From: Enoplolaimus lenunculus
Taxonomy: Eukaryota
DNA length: 64,000 nt
NCBI GenBank assembly: GCA_030248215.1
Contig: JASANG010001414.1
Location: 744,001 to 808,000 of the forward strand
Direction: 5' to 3'
Shown here one piece after another: positions 36,315-50,900 of this stretch (positions are counted from its first letter, which is position 1; each line of letters begins with the position of its first letter). A program made the position numbers and the translations under genes. The notes beneath the pieces are model-generated. The model was given only the letters and a program-made list of their open reading frames with translations, did not search any database and had not been told where the DNA came from.

Positions 36315-38793
36315 ATGGGTTCCACTGAAGATGCAACCGAACATAAAAGCAATATATGGTTTCAGTTGTGGGAGCAGTACAAGGCTGCTAGCAGCCGTGG
36401 CACTCTGTGTATGCTTATGCCGTTCTTTAGCCTTGGAACAGTTTTTATGGCGATTTACATGGTGTACAGGGTTAGTTTTGAAAAATAATTGACCTGTATA
36501 TTACTAGATGTTTGACCACAAATTCAGTTCTTAAATGCCAAACAAATATTTTGGGCTACCAAATAAACCGTTATCTCTCGAAGGTGCATTTGGTGTGCTT
36601 AAAAGTAGCCAACCGTGCAATCATACAACCACTTGTTTTCAGATTCACAGGCACCGAAAAGAAGACAAAGAAATAGATTTATCGGAATCCCGAAAAGTTA
36701 CCGGTATGTACACCAGTTCTACGATCGTCGATGGTTTATGCTAATACTAGCTGTAAAATGTCAAGCAGGTTGTGTGAACAATTATTACTCCTATTTACTT
36801 AAGATTTATACGTAAAAATTTTTCATTGATGCTGCTTGTCGTCATGTTTGATAGTGTGCTAAATTTTGAATTGTTATATATTCCATTATTATGGCTGAAT
36901 ATGAAATAACGTGGATAAATTTTGTACATTTGAGTGTTTATGTAGTCAATCTTCATTTTCGTACACTTTTTATGTTCGTATGTGTATATATGTACTTACA
37001 ATTTAATAACGTTATTATAGAAGAATATAAACAATTACAAAAGCGACTGGATAAGATGCAACGACTTTTGTACAGCGTACTAACAGAACAAGTTAACGGA
37101 ACTGAGGGTTCGCATATGTCTGCAGTTGATACCCTTCATCGTATTGATGCAATTGCTAAGGTAAGTGCGCATAAACCGGTACTATCGTGAACCAGTAATA
37201 TTCAGACGTGCGAACTCGTTTTAGAAAAGGTACGAAATTTTTACATTTGTACATTTATTTGTGCTGAATAACAAATTAAATGTTAAATTTTTATGTAAAC
37301 AATTGTTTACTCTGTTTTTATCTTCATTTTGAAGGAAACCTCTGAAAACCTTAATCAAATTAAGAAAGACTTCGGTAGTCATGCGAAGAATTTCGACGAA
37401 CTTGAAACTCTTCTAACGTCGCTGCACCAAACAATCAGCATTGCGTATCAAACGCAGGTAACCACAACAAGAACAAAGCCGTCGTTGTATTTACAGGTTT
37501 TCGTAATGCTTTTTCTTTTAGGGTTACATTTATGTAAGGTATGTTGTAATACGTATTGCAAATTGTGTTGGTTTTGCAATATTAGGATAACATTTGGATT
37601 AGCCTTAGCCTCGTAGGCGTTAGCATATGCTATAATTAGAATTTCATATGGTCATTCCACAGTTGCTTGGCGACAATGTATCGCAATACAAGTGATTAGT
37701 TGTCGTAACAGCAAGTTTATATAATTTTGATTGCACTGCGATCAAAATGTGTGTAAGAACTCAGTCATCGTGTTCAAAATTAAACACTATGGTTTAGGAA
37801 CTTGCTTTAGCTTTGCGCGTGTTGCGTAATTTGTAGTAGAAAAACTTTCAGTAACGGCTAAATAATTATATCTTCTTTCGGTATACTGTATATTTGGTTT
37901 TGTAGGCATCAGTGCAACAAACGATTTCACATGATTCGAACGATATTCAGCCACAAACAAATCGGTCGTTACCGTTCGAATCGAAAAGGGAACCGTATCA
38001 AGAAACTATCCAACATCAAAACAGTAGTAGTGACTTGAGTGGGCTAAATGTTGTGAGCGAAGAAACTCGCAAGGATTTAGTTGTCTCCACTGGAACTGCG
38101 GAACATGATCATGAGGCGAGTGCCGATGTAGCTACTGATGGCGCACACTTTTCGGTAAATGAGATGGAAAAGAAAGGAAAACATCGTCGCAAAAAGGACA
38201 AAACTAAGCATAAAGGCAGCGGCGAAGAAAAGACGAAGAAAGAATCAAAGCGCAAGCATAAGCAAGCAGTTGGAAACCGTGGTGTGCTGCACAACGATAG
38301 CATGCAATTAAATGAAGTTGGATTTGGGGAGCATCAAGTAGACGAGCGTCCGGTAAAGGATGGTAGAGACGCTATGAGTGCCTTGACGCATGAGGACAAT
38401 TTGAATGATAATCTGGACGCTGAAGCCATGTTTAATAATGAAGAAAGTAAAAACTGTGATATTAACAAAGTGTCAAATATTAATGAAAATTACGAGGACT
38501 TGGGCATGGACAATGAGAGTTCATTTGTTGCAGAGTGTGGAATCGAGTCTTCTAGTTCAAGTGAAAGTTGTGTTGACAGCAAAGAAGGTCACAACGAACA
38601 GGGAGTCACTGAAATCAGTGGTATAGAAAATGGCAGTCAGAATAATGATTTCGTGCCAACTGATGCTAGTGGTATGGTATTTTCTGCGGGATTAAGGCAT
38701 CGTCATAGGCCAAAAGATGCTTTTGAAAGTGGTTCTCCTGAAGTTTGTGGCTATACTCAAAATGTTTCAGAAGATTTAGACGGCGTCGATTAG
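36315..38793 (+). CDS. Unrecognised 463-aa protein: N-terminal TM helix, coiled coil, long acidic disordered tail with a Lys/Arg/His cluster. Exons 36315-36470, 36643-36703, 37021-37160, 37206-37229, 37335-37457, 37906-38793
   Basis: Six exons with GT-AG boundaries join in frame (1392 nt including stop). Hydrophobic LCMLMPFFSLGTVFMAIYMVY is followed by basic residues, then heptad-like EEYKQLQKRLDKMQRLL. Confidence 0.75.
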
Positions 38794-41255
38794 ACCTCGC
38801 AGTAATATACACAAACATCGCGATTGAAAACCACTTAGGTTTGGATATTTAATTTCAAACTAGTGATTAGAACTTTTCTCTCATGTAAAGATCACTGGCG
38901 AAACGTATTTTGTGTGACTACAAAAGAGTAAGCTTAAGTTTTAGGCTAAATTTTTGCTTAGCTTAGGCATAGAGATATGCTCATTCTTACGCTAAGGTTT
39001 AGGATTAGCCTTAGGCTTAGGAATTTTCTTACAATACAACACTGTTGCGCCCCTGTTCCTTACATTGGCCAAACGTTTGAAATAAATATTTAAGTGAAAG
39101 TTATGGTAAACTTACCGCTACTCTAAAAGCTATTTAGTGTTGTTTTTGTGGTAAATGCTTCAAGTTACGATTAACGTTCAATTTTAGGTGGATCTGTATA
39201 TAATTGTGTAAATGGCTTAGCGTTCACGTTACAGACACGTTCTTGCTTTTATACACCTTTGATGCAACTTAATGTCTTATCTAGTCGTTTTCATTGTTTT
39301 GTATGTGAAAATGTACTTATGTATTTCTTTTTTTGTTTTAAGTTGTTAATAGGGCCCAGCAAAACCCGGAATGACCGGACCAGCGTTACTTTCACAGGCG
39401 TCCCGCTGTAGAGTAGGCTTAGTCGCTTAGACTAGGACTAGGCTAGGTTTGGCTAATGGTACGCTCCTGAAAACGACATTGGCTGTTCTATGGACGATGT
39501 GTGTTTTTTATTCCAGTTTTGCTAACTAAACGGTTTACTTGTTCATGCGTTTTGGAAAGTCGAATTCCGTTTTCGCAAATGGCCGGGCTGCAACAGTTTT
39601 AGTTTGATTTCGAAAAGAAATGGCCTAATGGTAATCTTTTATCTGGATTTTTGTCCGCTTGAAGTTTTAATTGTGGAGTATATATAATCTCTGTATTTTG
39701 CATAATTTACTGTTTATTATTTTAGTGTGATGTGTTGTGTGTACAATAAATTTTTAGCGTCGTCTTTTGTGTAATAAAGAGCATTAATTAGTCATCAAAC
39801 AAACAAAACATTGTTACAGAATCTACGAATCAAAAACTAGAGATTGAGATGCAGATTGTAAATTAGGTTGGGCATCAAAACAGTAACGTTAGTGGCTTGT
39901 TGTGCGGGATTCACGTTCTAACCGGAGCAATGTCCCATGTTTTGGCGTCAGCGTAAAAATTCGGGGTGTCATCGCAGTAACAAACAACTCGGATGTCATA
40001 TGACACAAAAATCACGCTCTCATATGTTTAATGTGTCAGTCTGTATGTTAAGTGATACGGTGGGACATTTATGCGGATGTAAAATTACAACGAACATATG
40101 AAATTCAACTGGACAGTGTACGTGCTTATAAATTAATGTAAAGTAGGACGACAGAGGCACAGATGTACTTCAAAATAGCAAAAACGCCGGAAAATTTGTT
40201 TCCGACATAAAATCAATCAGAACCATGGTGTCAGATTCTGAAATTGAAATTCTAGTATATTATATTCAACCGGACAATTTGGGTATATTACCTCAAGTAT
40301 GCAGTCATTTGAAAATATATGATATTCTCAGATAATACGTCGAATATCATATATTGAAGAACAATTGGAGATCTATACATGAATATAACAGATAAATACA
40401 ACTTTTTGAATATTATATGGAGGCTATAAGCAGACAAAATGTTACCCAATAGTCTAATAGAGACTAAATATGCCCCAAGCTGCCGCGGTTATAACGTGAA
40501 CCTCGTATTATGTGCATATTTTCTGTTGAAATCCTTGTTGCTTTTAATCCTGCACAACTTTACTAAATACTGAACGTTTGCAGGTATTAAGTTGTAAAGT
40601 CAAAGAATCAAGTGGTATAATTAATGTTAATATTATACAGTTTATCACGGTTTTTGCTTTAGACCGGACCTATATGTGGTGATGGCCAATGTTACACTGA
40701 GGGGCGTCCCGTTTATCCGCCAGACAATGATAGGCTCGGAGTACAACATTAGTGCTCATGCACCTATATTTTTGAACAATAAGCCGTTTAGTGTAAGCAA
40801 AGTTTTTTATTTGATATGCTGAAAAGAAGTACACTGCAAAAAATGGTGAGTCAAATTGGCTCTCTGCGAAATAGGCTTTTCCGGACTACACAATCTGAGT
40901 CAAATTGGACTCCGCCAGAGTCAAATTGAACTCCCCCGATTTGCTCAGTGAGTCGAATTTGAATCTGGCGCAGTCGAATTTCATTCAATTTGTGTAGTTC
41001 GGAAAAGCTTATTTTGGAGAACGTCAATTTGACTCATCTTTTTTGCTGTGTACAGGTTTTTAAAGGTTTTCCGTGATCGAAACGCCAGATTCCTACTCAG
41101 CTGTTCAAGATGCTTCGAGTCATGTAAATATTGAATTAAAAACTTGGCAAGCGTTGGTGCCGGGCCATGCCTAAACCCGGATTTTTGGAACTGAATTCTA
41201 ATTTAGCTACGTGATGTCATTTTGAATCTTGACAATTTGTGTTGGTTTTTCGCAA

Positions 41256-44200
41256 ATGGCATGGCTAGAATCGCCTGTGAACTGTCATGATGTTACAATA
41301 TCGTTTTGGTCGACAAAGGACTTTTATTCGGCGTCAACCGAACATGTGATTCGTGACTATGATTGTGGATTAAGCGTTGATGCTAGCCGAAACCGAACTC
41401 GGGTGATTTGGATGAATGCATCTGCGATAAGGTAACCTTTTTGGATGATAAAATTTATTCCTGTTGTACACTTTTCCCTCACATTTGAAACTCACGGTGC
41501 GGTTTAGGCTTAGGCTTAGTTAAAAGCTTGGGTAAAAGTTTAGGCTTAGGGTTTTCCAAAAGCAAAGTTTAAGCATTCGGCTGTGGGGGGGGGTAGTGTA
41601 CAAGAGCCGAATTTGTAAATGGAACAGTTCGGGTTGTGTTATACTTTATGTGTCGTGTGACTTCGTTCGCTGGCGCTGGCTGCCGCAGTGGAGCAGGGCG
41701 TTGGAAATAAAAGTTTAAAGCCAACGCGTTGCTGCATGCGGCACCGCGACACTGCGCTTCGTGTAAAAAATTTTAACAAGAAGCGCGGCTCCGCAGACGC
41801 GCATCAAGTGTTGCGCAATTCTTAAGACAGGTTTTATGGATATCAGAGCGATCCTGTTCTTAATTGTTCCTACAAACTCAATATTCTTTCTGATTATGTC
41901 TCTTACAATGTGCAGCGCCAATGCCACCAATTGCAGACAGGCCTTGAAACTTTCAGAAAACTAAATGGTAAATTTAAACAAAAGCTGTTAGTTGTAAAAT
42001 AATACTTTTATCTGCAGTAGATTTGTTATTTAAGAAGCCATTGCTTCCTGGATGATAGGCGAACAATAACATATACGTTGGAAAATACGTTCGCTCATAG
42101 GTGTCAAATTATTGTCACCGCAAAAGCAGTTATAATGATTCCGGCGCCAAAGTATTGATCGCAAATTGTTAAAATATGCTTAAATTTACTAGAGTTTTTA
42201 ATTTTTAGCTCCATTATTGGCGATGTTTCTTTGACAGCGTTGGATGAAGTTATAGTCCCCGGTGATCGCTGCGAAAATGATGCAAATGGAGTGTGCGGGA
42301 CGGCTGAGAATCGTACAAGAGATTGTAATGCAGGAATCAATGGCCATAGCAACAATAATTGCGGTCAGACAAATGATTATAGGGATTGCTATATGGAGAA
42401 AACGGAAGAATATAAGAAGCAGAAGAATGAAAAGGCCACATCTGATAGTACAGGATGCCGTGCTATGGCTAGCGGTTGGTATAATGAAGGCGCTTGTTAC
42501 AGCTTATGGAAACGATGCTGTGGCATCGCTGAAGTCGGCTTAATAGAGAGGACTTTGTCGTCTCGGGCAAAGGTAAGTAGAGCTACAGGTCTTAACGTTG
42601 TTTCTGGGGCGTATCCGATATCACACGGGCCTGCGAATAGTTCTTGTATAGGATATATCGGTAACAAAACGAAATCAAAATCACCAGATACTGGCAATAA
42701 GCGTTGTTCGAAAGCAGGCTTTGGATCGAATGACAATTTACAGATGAAATCGACGGTGAAAAAGTTGGACAAGTCTTGGGTTAGCCAGTGTAATACGGCG
42801 GTGGTGAGCGGTGGTTCGCAATGCTTCGTGGACAATCCTAAGAGTGCTATGGAATTAATTCGGCAGATTGCAATGAGAAATCAGTGCCGTGTGAAATATG
42901 ACGTGATTGGGAAACGCGGAGTAGGACACCGCTGTGAATTTGTAGTTCAACTGACATTAGAACGGTGTGCGCTTTATAGGGATCCGGCTACCTTAGAGGT
43001 ATATTTTGGTTGCGGGTCGTCAATAAAGCAGGCTCAACGCCGGGCTGCGTCAACTGCTTGCGTTTCTACGAAGCTGCGAAACGCAGGGGTGGTTAGGATG
43101 TTTAAGAGATGTGCTAATGAGGTGTCCAACAGTTTAGACGGAACCGCTAAGACAATGATTGCCGCTGGTCAGGCATTGGATTTACCAGGTGGTTGTCACG
43201 GAAACGCATGTGAGTTTGATTGTGAAAAGAATATCGCACCTGCCTTATTGTTACGTCGATTAGCTTGCAAAATTGGATTAGCCGTAAGCTATAGGTATCA
43301 AAGGTTGCCAGCTCAAAAACCTTCGTTTTGCAGCAGAGTTGAAGCGCGTAAGTTTAGGAAGAAAAATATAAATGTTGCAACAAGCGGCAGTAAATTGACT
43401 GATTTTAAATCTGTAGATTCCAAAACTGCTCTACGTCATGGGTCAGCAGTGCTTTTGCCTTCCCTACGAGGGGACATTTTTAAGAAAACGTCTGCTATAA
43501 AATATCGAGTTGTTGTACTGCTGGACGGGAAAGAAATTGTTGCCAGCGTTGGATCGACTCAACAAATGGCTAAACGCAACGCTGCTTCAAAAGCACTCGA
43601 GGTATTGGATTGTTCTTTTCAACAAAGGCAAGATAGTAATTTTTCAGCCGGGTTTAACGGCCTTTTGAGTAATACACGAGAATCAAATTGTGTTGATGAT
43701 AGCGATAATAATGAACTTTACTTCCAGCAAAAGCCAGCGTCTGAAGTCTTTGGCGAAGTGACAGCAAGAGACGAGTTGGAAAACGCTTTACAGTTGAAAT
43801 CTCCAATTAGCTTGCTATATGAGTTGACGCTCGCCATTGGATGGTCTGTTCGTTTTGATTTAGTAGACACATCAGGTCTGGCTCATGGAACTCGGTTTAC
43901 TGTACAAGGTATTGTGGAGCCAAACGCAGATAAGCACTCTGATGAGCGATTGACTAAGGTAGGTTCAGAGTTATCCGGGGTAGCATCTGAAAATCAATCC
44001 AATAAGCAGTTATTTGTGGGGGCTATCATTGCAGAGGCGACTGGAAACAGTAAGCGAGATGCGCGAAGGATTTGTTGTGCTACTTTGTTGAGAAAAATTA
44101 TAAATAATCTGCCCGGTACGGTTAATGTCTTAGCTAATTCCCGCACATGCAAAGTCGAATCTAGCTTAAGAGAAATTAGCCAAGCGACCGCTACGCCTAA

Positions 44201-44552
44201 AAATAGTGTTAAACCTGGGTCTGTTGTTAAATCAAACTGTACCGCCGTAACAGATCCTGTGTCAAAATTAATTCGAATACAACAAGCATCTAAAATGCCA
44301 GCGCCGGTGTTTAATTTTTCAAACATATCGTATTTGTGTATTCATAAACCTGGCAAAATGCCGAGACAATATTTTGAGTCGAGTGTTAGACTTGTTTTGG
44401 GGCCGACAATTTTGCAAAATTGGTCTCATGATGTTGTCCGGGGGGCTGGTGAAGTTATTTTTGTCGGCAGAGGTTTTAGTAAACGTGCAGCGAAACAAGA
44501 AGCAGCCGAGCGTGCCATTGCTGCAGTTGGATGTAGCTACGCTATTGTCTAA
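41256..44552 (+). CDS. stau: Staufen-like dsRNA-binding protein with four dsRBDs; main exon 42209-44552, probable 5' exon 41256-41431 (otherwise first in-exon ATG near 42393)
   Basis: dsRBD1 KSAMELIRQIA...GSSIKQAQRRAA; split dsRBD2 IAPALLLRRLA...GSTQQMAKRNAASKAL; dsRBD3 KSPISLLYEL...SGLAH...GNSKRDARR; dsRBD4 DPVSKLIRIQQA...GFSKRAAKQEAAE. Order and split RBD2 match Staufen. The upstream exon ends AG|GTAACC in phase 2, matching the acceptor at 42208. Confidence 0.85.
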
Positions 44553-47500
44553 GACAGCTAGAAGTACAGTCTTGTCAGGTTTGCTTCTTTAGCACCGTTG
44601 CAACATTTGATTTTCATCCCTCTGTAAAATGTGCATAATATACGTACGGTACAAGGCTTGGGCATATTCAGTTATCTCCTTCAGCCGGCATCTGACCAAA
44701 AGTGGTTTGATTTTGGAAATTTTTGCATGTTTGAGCTTGTCATGACCTCCAATGATCATTTCACACCCAAATTTGAATTTTTGAAAAATTCAATTTTTGT
44801 GGTCCCTGTGAAACGTTCGTGATTTTGCTATTGTTTCAGCCTAATCATACTTGCGTTAAGGTGCGATCTCAATGTAGCACTATCAAGCTCCTATTCAATA
44901 ACGCGGCCGGTTTCACTGTTTAATACCCCCAAATCTCAGTCAAATCACTAAGACACTGGAAAACCAACAAATACATGCCTAGATTGCTCATTTATATTCC
45001 GTTTACGATGCCGAAAAATCCTTTGTTAGAAATTCCCTTTTGGTTCCACTACGATGCAACTAAGTTGAATTCCAACTAAGTCACCAGCCCACACCAAACA
45101 GTCCACAATATCCACGAATCTCCAAAAATTCTCCAAATTTCAGACAAAACTAACTCCGTTAGAATTGTGCAACTCCGGTAAATCACCGAGTAATCCTCAA
45201 GTTTGCATATTCACACATTTCCTAGCAATTTCCCACAATTATTCTGGTTTTGCCCCAATATCCGTCCGTACGCTGTGCACGCCGTGCACGCGATAAATGA
45301 ACGAAACTGGTATCTATAAAATAAATTGATCGCTATCAAATAGTGTATTGTATATTTTTACATGATATAGATGTATAGTTCAACATGTAGAATAAATTAT
45401 AATGTTGATCTTAGCTTCAGTGCATCTGCTTTTACATTATATAAGTGCTGATAGGAGACTCTGTCCTGGCTGATCGACCATGATCATGCTTGCGTGTCAA
45501 AGATTATTGCGCCACGGAAGTGAGCTGTATATTAACTTGTAAATACAGCAAAAACGGTGAGTCAAATTGACGCTCTCCAAAATAAGCTCTTCCGAACTAC
45601 TTACACAAATTGAGTCAAATTCGACTCCGTCAGAGTCCCATTTGACTCACTGAGCGACTCGAGTGAGCCGAATTTGACTTTAGCGGAGTCAAATTTCACT
45701 CAATTTGTGTAGTCCGGAAAAGCCTATTTCGAAGAGAGTCAATTTGACTCACTATTTTTCGCCAGTGTTGGTTTGGAGCAAATTTTGATAGTTTAACTGT
45801 TAGTAACTCACGGCTTTGAAGACTATATATAATTTCTGACCGCTTCTTATTGTAAGCTTTGAACCACAGTAGTAGAGAAGTATTTAGAAAAGCCCTTCCC
45901 TAAACTATATATATCGACGAGATTGTTTCACGTTCGAAGAAATATACATTTTACAGTTGGATAGTGTGTTCGTACTCAAATTTAGCGAAAAATAAATTTT
46001 ATATTTGACTGCATGCCAAATGTATGGTCACCGCGAGCGGACTAACTACCACTGTACATAGTCCAAACAAAAGTAACCTCCTTCATTGCATTGAAAGTCA
46101 TGTTGAATCTAGCACCAATCAAAAATTGCATTTTATATAAAAACCTGGAATTTAAGGCACTAATGACTGGTCTCATACTCGCGACATTTAGGTCCTGAAT
46201 TCTACATTTGTTTAAATTTTTCAAAACATTTTAGTATTTTTTTCTTAAAGATTGCGAACATAAAAATTAATTTAACAAACGTTTGAGACGGATATGTTTA
46301 AAATAAAAGGTACTGTATTGACCCGAATAAGAGGGGGACTGATATTTATTTGGCGTCTCCAGAAAGTACCCCCCTTGTTATTCGGTTACCGACTGTTATT
46401 TATTTTTAACCCACGCTCTGCCACCCTTCGTTACTGATATATATGCCGTACTGCAACTATGCGTTGAATTAAACGTTTGTTTGTCTTGCGTCAATATATA
46501 GCTTGAGCAATCGGGCAAGGTTATACTGAGGAATGTGCTTTCAAAATTTAAGTACGCTTAAAGATTCGATCCTGGAGTCATTTATGCACTACAGTTAGGA
46601 ATAACTCACCTTCAGGGACTCAAATTAGGATTTAGGGACGCTATCCGCTTACGGACTGTCATTAGGGGTACGTACTCCTATTGATTGGGACTCAAAATGG
46701 GGACACCGTTTTATTAGCCCACACCGTCTAATTCGGGTCACTACAGTCTATATACACTTTCAGAACACGCGTTTCTAAATAAAGATATATACACTCGGAA
46801 TGCTGCCTTTTTACGTAAAGTGCTTATGGAACCGAAGCTCAATCAAATGTTCTAATTTCACAGGTCGAGGAGATTTCTCTCGCCATAGAATATAATCAGA
46901 GATTTAGAACGAGTTAAAATAAAAAATAAGTTCTTCAATTTACTACAGCTAACTCTTGTAAGTGAAAAATTGTTTCTTATTTATTAGCAAAATTTATTTT
47001 ATTTGAATGTAAAAAATTTATGGCCCAAAAATATGTGCGGAGCAGATGTTTGGAATATTTAAAATTAAATCTGTAGGTATACGCATTTTTTCCACAAATC
47101 GGTGCCGATTTTTATCTACTAATAGTGACTTTGCAATTTTGTAATAATATAAATAACTCGTCTCAGAGTTGCGAATTAATGAAATCTTTTCACTTATAAG
47201 CGTGAAGCGTAAACCTATTTCATACTTAAGTTCAAAATCGACTAAGTCAGAGATAAGGTTATGCCATGACTTCCGCAAAACATGTATTTTACAGGAAACA
47301 TTCAGTTGAATAAACTCACCGTAATGCTTAGTAACCATAATGCTTATTATTTTAGTAAAATATTAACTACATCTTAAACTGGAGTCGGGTATTGGTCGCG
47401 CAACTCTTGACCAACTGAACAAATGGCGACAAAGCATTAATACGAAAAGCGATCTGGACAAATACGATGGCGATTTCAGTATTGATAAGCCGATTTATAT

Positions 47501-47973
47501 TGCTCAAGGTTTGTGATTCTAAGAGCTGTCGATAAGGTGTTATGGTTTCATATGGGATTTCAACCATATTAACTTGCGCCAAGCTAACGTTAACCGTATA
47601 GTTTTTAACGGTTTTCTGGTAAATTCAAGGTTGGGTTACTTCTTTAGTATGTTAACGAACTCCAGTTACGTTTATGTTAAAATTTACTTTCTTGGCGTGG
47701 GTAGTTTAAACTGAAGCTTTGCTGTATGATCAAGCGCATTGTGCGTTGAAAACTGCGATGAACTGCGATGCTTCATCGTGATTTTAATTTTGATATGCTT
47801 AAAGGCAAACTTGTCGTAATTTTTGATTGGTTAAACGGTCTTCGCTGCTGCTTAAATTTACAGTAGATTGATTCTTTTTGCATAACATTGAAGATCGAGA
47901 CAAGTCGCAGGTGTTTAGAGAAAATGCATTCCAATCCCCTCACTGCTTGCATGGTGTTGTGATTTATGTTTAG

Positions 47974-50900
47974 ATATTACTAAACGATTACGCGAGGGGC
48001 TAATTTCTTCAAGTTCAGACGGAATAACTTCGCTGGAGATTCAAATCGCGACAAGTTGCGTGAAGTTGCTTGCAAATTGTGCGTACCTTGATCGCAATTG
48101 CTGTGTTAGGGTATGTTGCCGAAACAATATTTTTGTTTTGATTCTGTTAATATTATGTGACTCTTCATTTTGGAACGTCTGGCTGATAGATTACTTATTA
48201 TATGTGTTTGCGTTTTAGATAACAAATGCTCGGCTGGTTGCTGTTTTCGGTAAGTCTAATTTTATAATATCAGGGTGTACTGCATAAAGTTACTAGTCTG
48301 GTGCATATGTTGTGTCGTATATAGGCTAAGGTAACCGTAACATTCCGTAGTGGAATTGACGTTTGTGTCTTAATTCCAACGGTTAGCAGACAACGAAAAC
48401 AGCGGCCTACTTTATACGAGCATGATAAGCTCACTGGATATCGTTTATGACGAATCTGCAAAAACCGAATCATTATATTGCATTAATCATGCTTATATCG
48501 TTCGTGAGTTATGAAGATGGTTTCGCCAAAAGTTGCTTTGTGTGTATTATTAGATGAGGGTATAAACTTGTAATAATGAATACGGCTAAGACAAAAAATA
48601 GAAACTATGGGCAAATAGTAATAGCAACGCGTCGTTACGCAATTGTGTGTGCAACGGCAACCAGAGTGCATCTGAATATCCGGATCTGGTTTAATATTCG
48701 ATGAAAACCGATTCGGATATTTGCTTTCGTTGTCTAGAATTTTAAAAAAACTGCTTTGCTGTACAAGAAGTCTGTGATAGCATTTGTGGGCAAGTCAAGA
48801 AGTTTGCGTTTTGATATGCTGCATTGAAAATGAAGAATATCTAGCTAACAATTAATTCTAAATCAGTAAACACACATTCTATTGTGCGACTAAAATAGTT
48901 CGAGCAGTGCGCAAATTTTCACGCTATATCCGGTATCTTCTGGTTCTGATAAAAACTCACTGTCCGGATCCAATTCCGGCATTTGGTAAATAATATCCAC
49001 TCGCACCATGACAGCATCAACTTTTGTTCTGAGCTGTAAGACATGAGATAACTCTTAACAATAGTAATATAATATTTTATTTCAGGCGAGTGGTTACAGC
49101 AAGAACACGAGTTCAATCGAGCTGGTGATACACAAAAATCATTAGTTCAAGCGATTGTGCGATTATTTGCAAACATTGCAGCTGTGAAAGAGTGTGCGTT
49201 TGCTGTTTTGCATTGTCGGTAAGTAATTCAATACGCTGTTGTGAGTAAATCTGGAAATGTTGAAATAAAATTACATTTTTGGTTTATTAAATTAATAGGC
49301 TTTCATTGTCCAAATCTGCGTTAGTTGACGATTGTGAATTTATGTTCTAAGTTTAGACCTTCCACGTTTGTTTTAATGATAGTATTTTTAGGGACATGTT
49401 TTTGGTTTTACAAATGGGTTCATGACAGAAAATGTAAAAACTCATTACGCTCACCCTAATATAGTTCATTTTCGTTTTAGAAGTGCTGTTGGAACATTGA
49501 TTAATACAAGCTTAGATGTACCTGCAGCTTCAGCAGGTGCGAACAATTTATACGAGCATGGATTACGGTTTATACGGCAGTTCACAAGCCACGGATCTGG
49601 ATTCATGAAAGCTGTTATTAAAAGTATGAAATTGTTATAATTAGTGGTATAGATGTGGCTAATATTTACACTACCGGAGGTGCTATACTTGTGCGGTGTC
49701 GTAAGTAAATAATATTATTTACAATTCTATTTACGATGTCTTCCAATGACGTGTGGCAAATTGTGTACGCTGCCACACGGCGCCGGACTACCTCGGGCGA
49801 TGCTGGCAATATTATAATTGTCATAAAGTTTACCGCCAGACAAGACAGCCTAACACCGCGGCTATATTTTTGGCCTAACAAAACTTTATTCAGACGGTGA
49901 TTTTTTAATACGTGTTTGTACAATTAATGACATTTTTAAATCCGTGTTAAAGCAACGTATTTAAGTTGTTAACTAGTCATTTGGTCATATATTTGGTTAC
50001 AGAAAAACGCGTACAATGTTTTTGTCAGTTTGGTAACCTGCTGACTTTTAGCAAAACCTGTGTTTTAATGTCTTTAATTTCCCGCACGTTTATTAAGTTT
50101 GACTATTGGAAACACAGAAAACAATCCTTTTTTCGTGCTGAATGTGATGTTGGTTACAGACAAGCCATGCGAGTTGTTTTTAATCTGATAAACTGATGTA
50201 CTATGATTAGTGAAAATATGACGTATTGTTTTGAATTTTATGCGCTTCATTTAAATTTGAGTATGGGAAGAGTGAAAAAACAAATCGCAATTGGGCGTGG
50301 CGACTAAAGTACAATTATTGCATTTGCATTCTAGATGGTGTTATGCTATCGTTGGGCAAAGTATTGTCTGAACTAATTAATAATGCGTCCGCTTCAAATG
50401 ACCCACAGCCATTGAGACAGCTAATTAATAAGTGTTTGATCAGTTTAAAACACTTGACAGACGTTGGTGCAATTTCGGAAGCAATATTTGTTCAGCATTC
50501 AATAGAAATTCAAATGGTTCATCACATTATACGAATTTATTCAGAAGGATTCACGGAGTCGAGCGCTACTAGTAGCAATGCAGGTATTATTTTAAGTGAT
50601 TTCTGTGAGCAAATCTGTGTTGTGGTTGGGGGTCTGAGTAACATACGACGATTTATTATTGAAACACTGCGCAGTAGTGTATAAAGTTCTAATAATCGTG
50701 CTACTTAATCTCTTTGAATCGATTATTCAATTTTGTTTTGCGAATTTGTAAAATGTGGTTCATGTATTCTAAAGGATAATCAGTGCTGGGCGTCAAAATG
50801 GAAACGAAACAAATCTATCAATTAATTACTGTTCAAACATCAGTGAAACATGACTTCTGGCCAAAGTCGTTTTTAACAAACCTGGTTTTAGGTAACTTTT

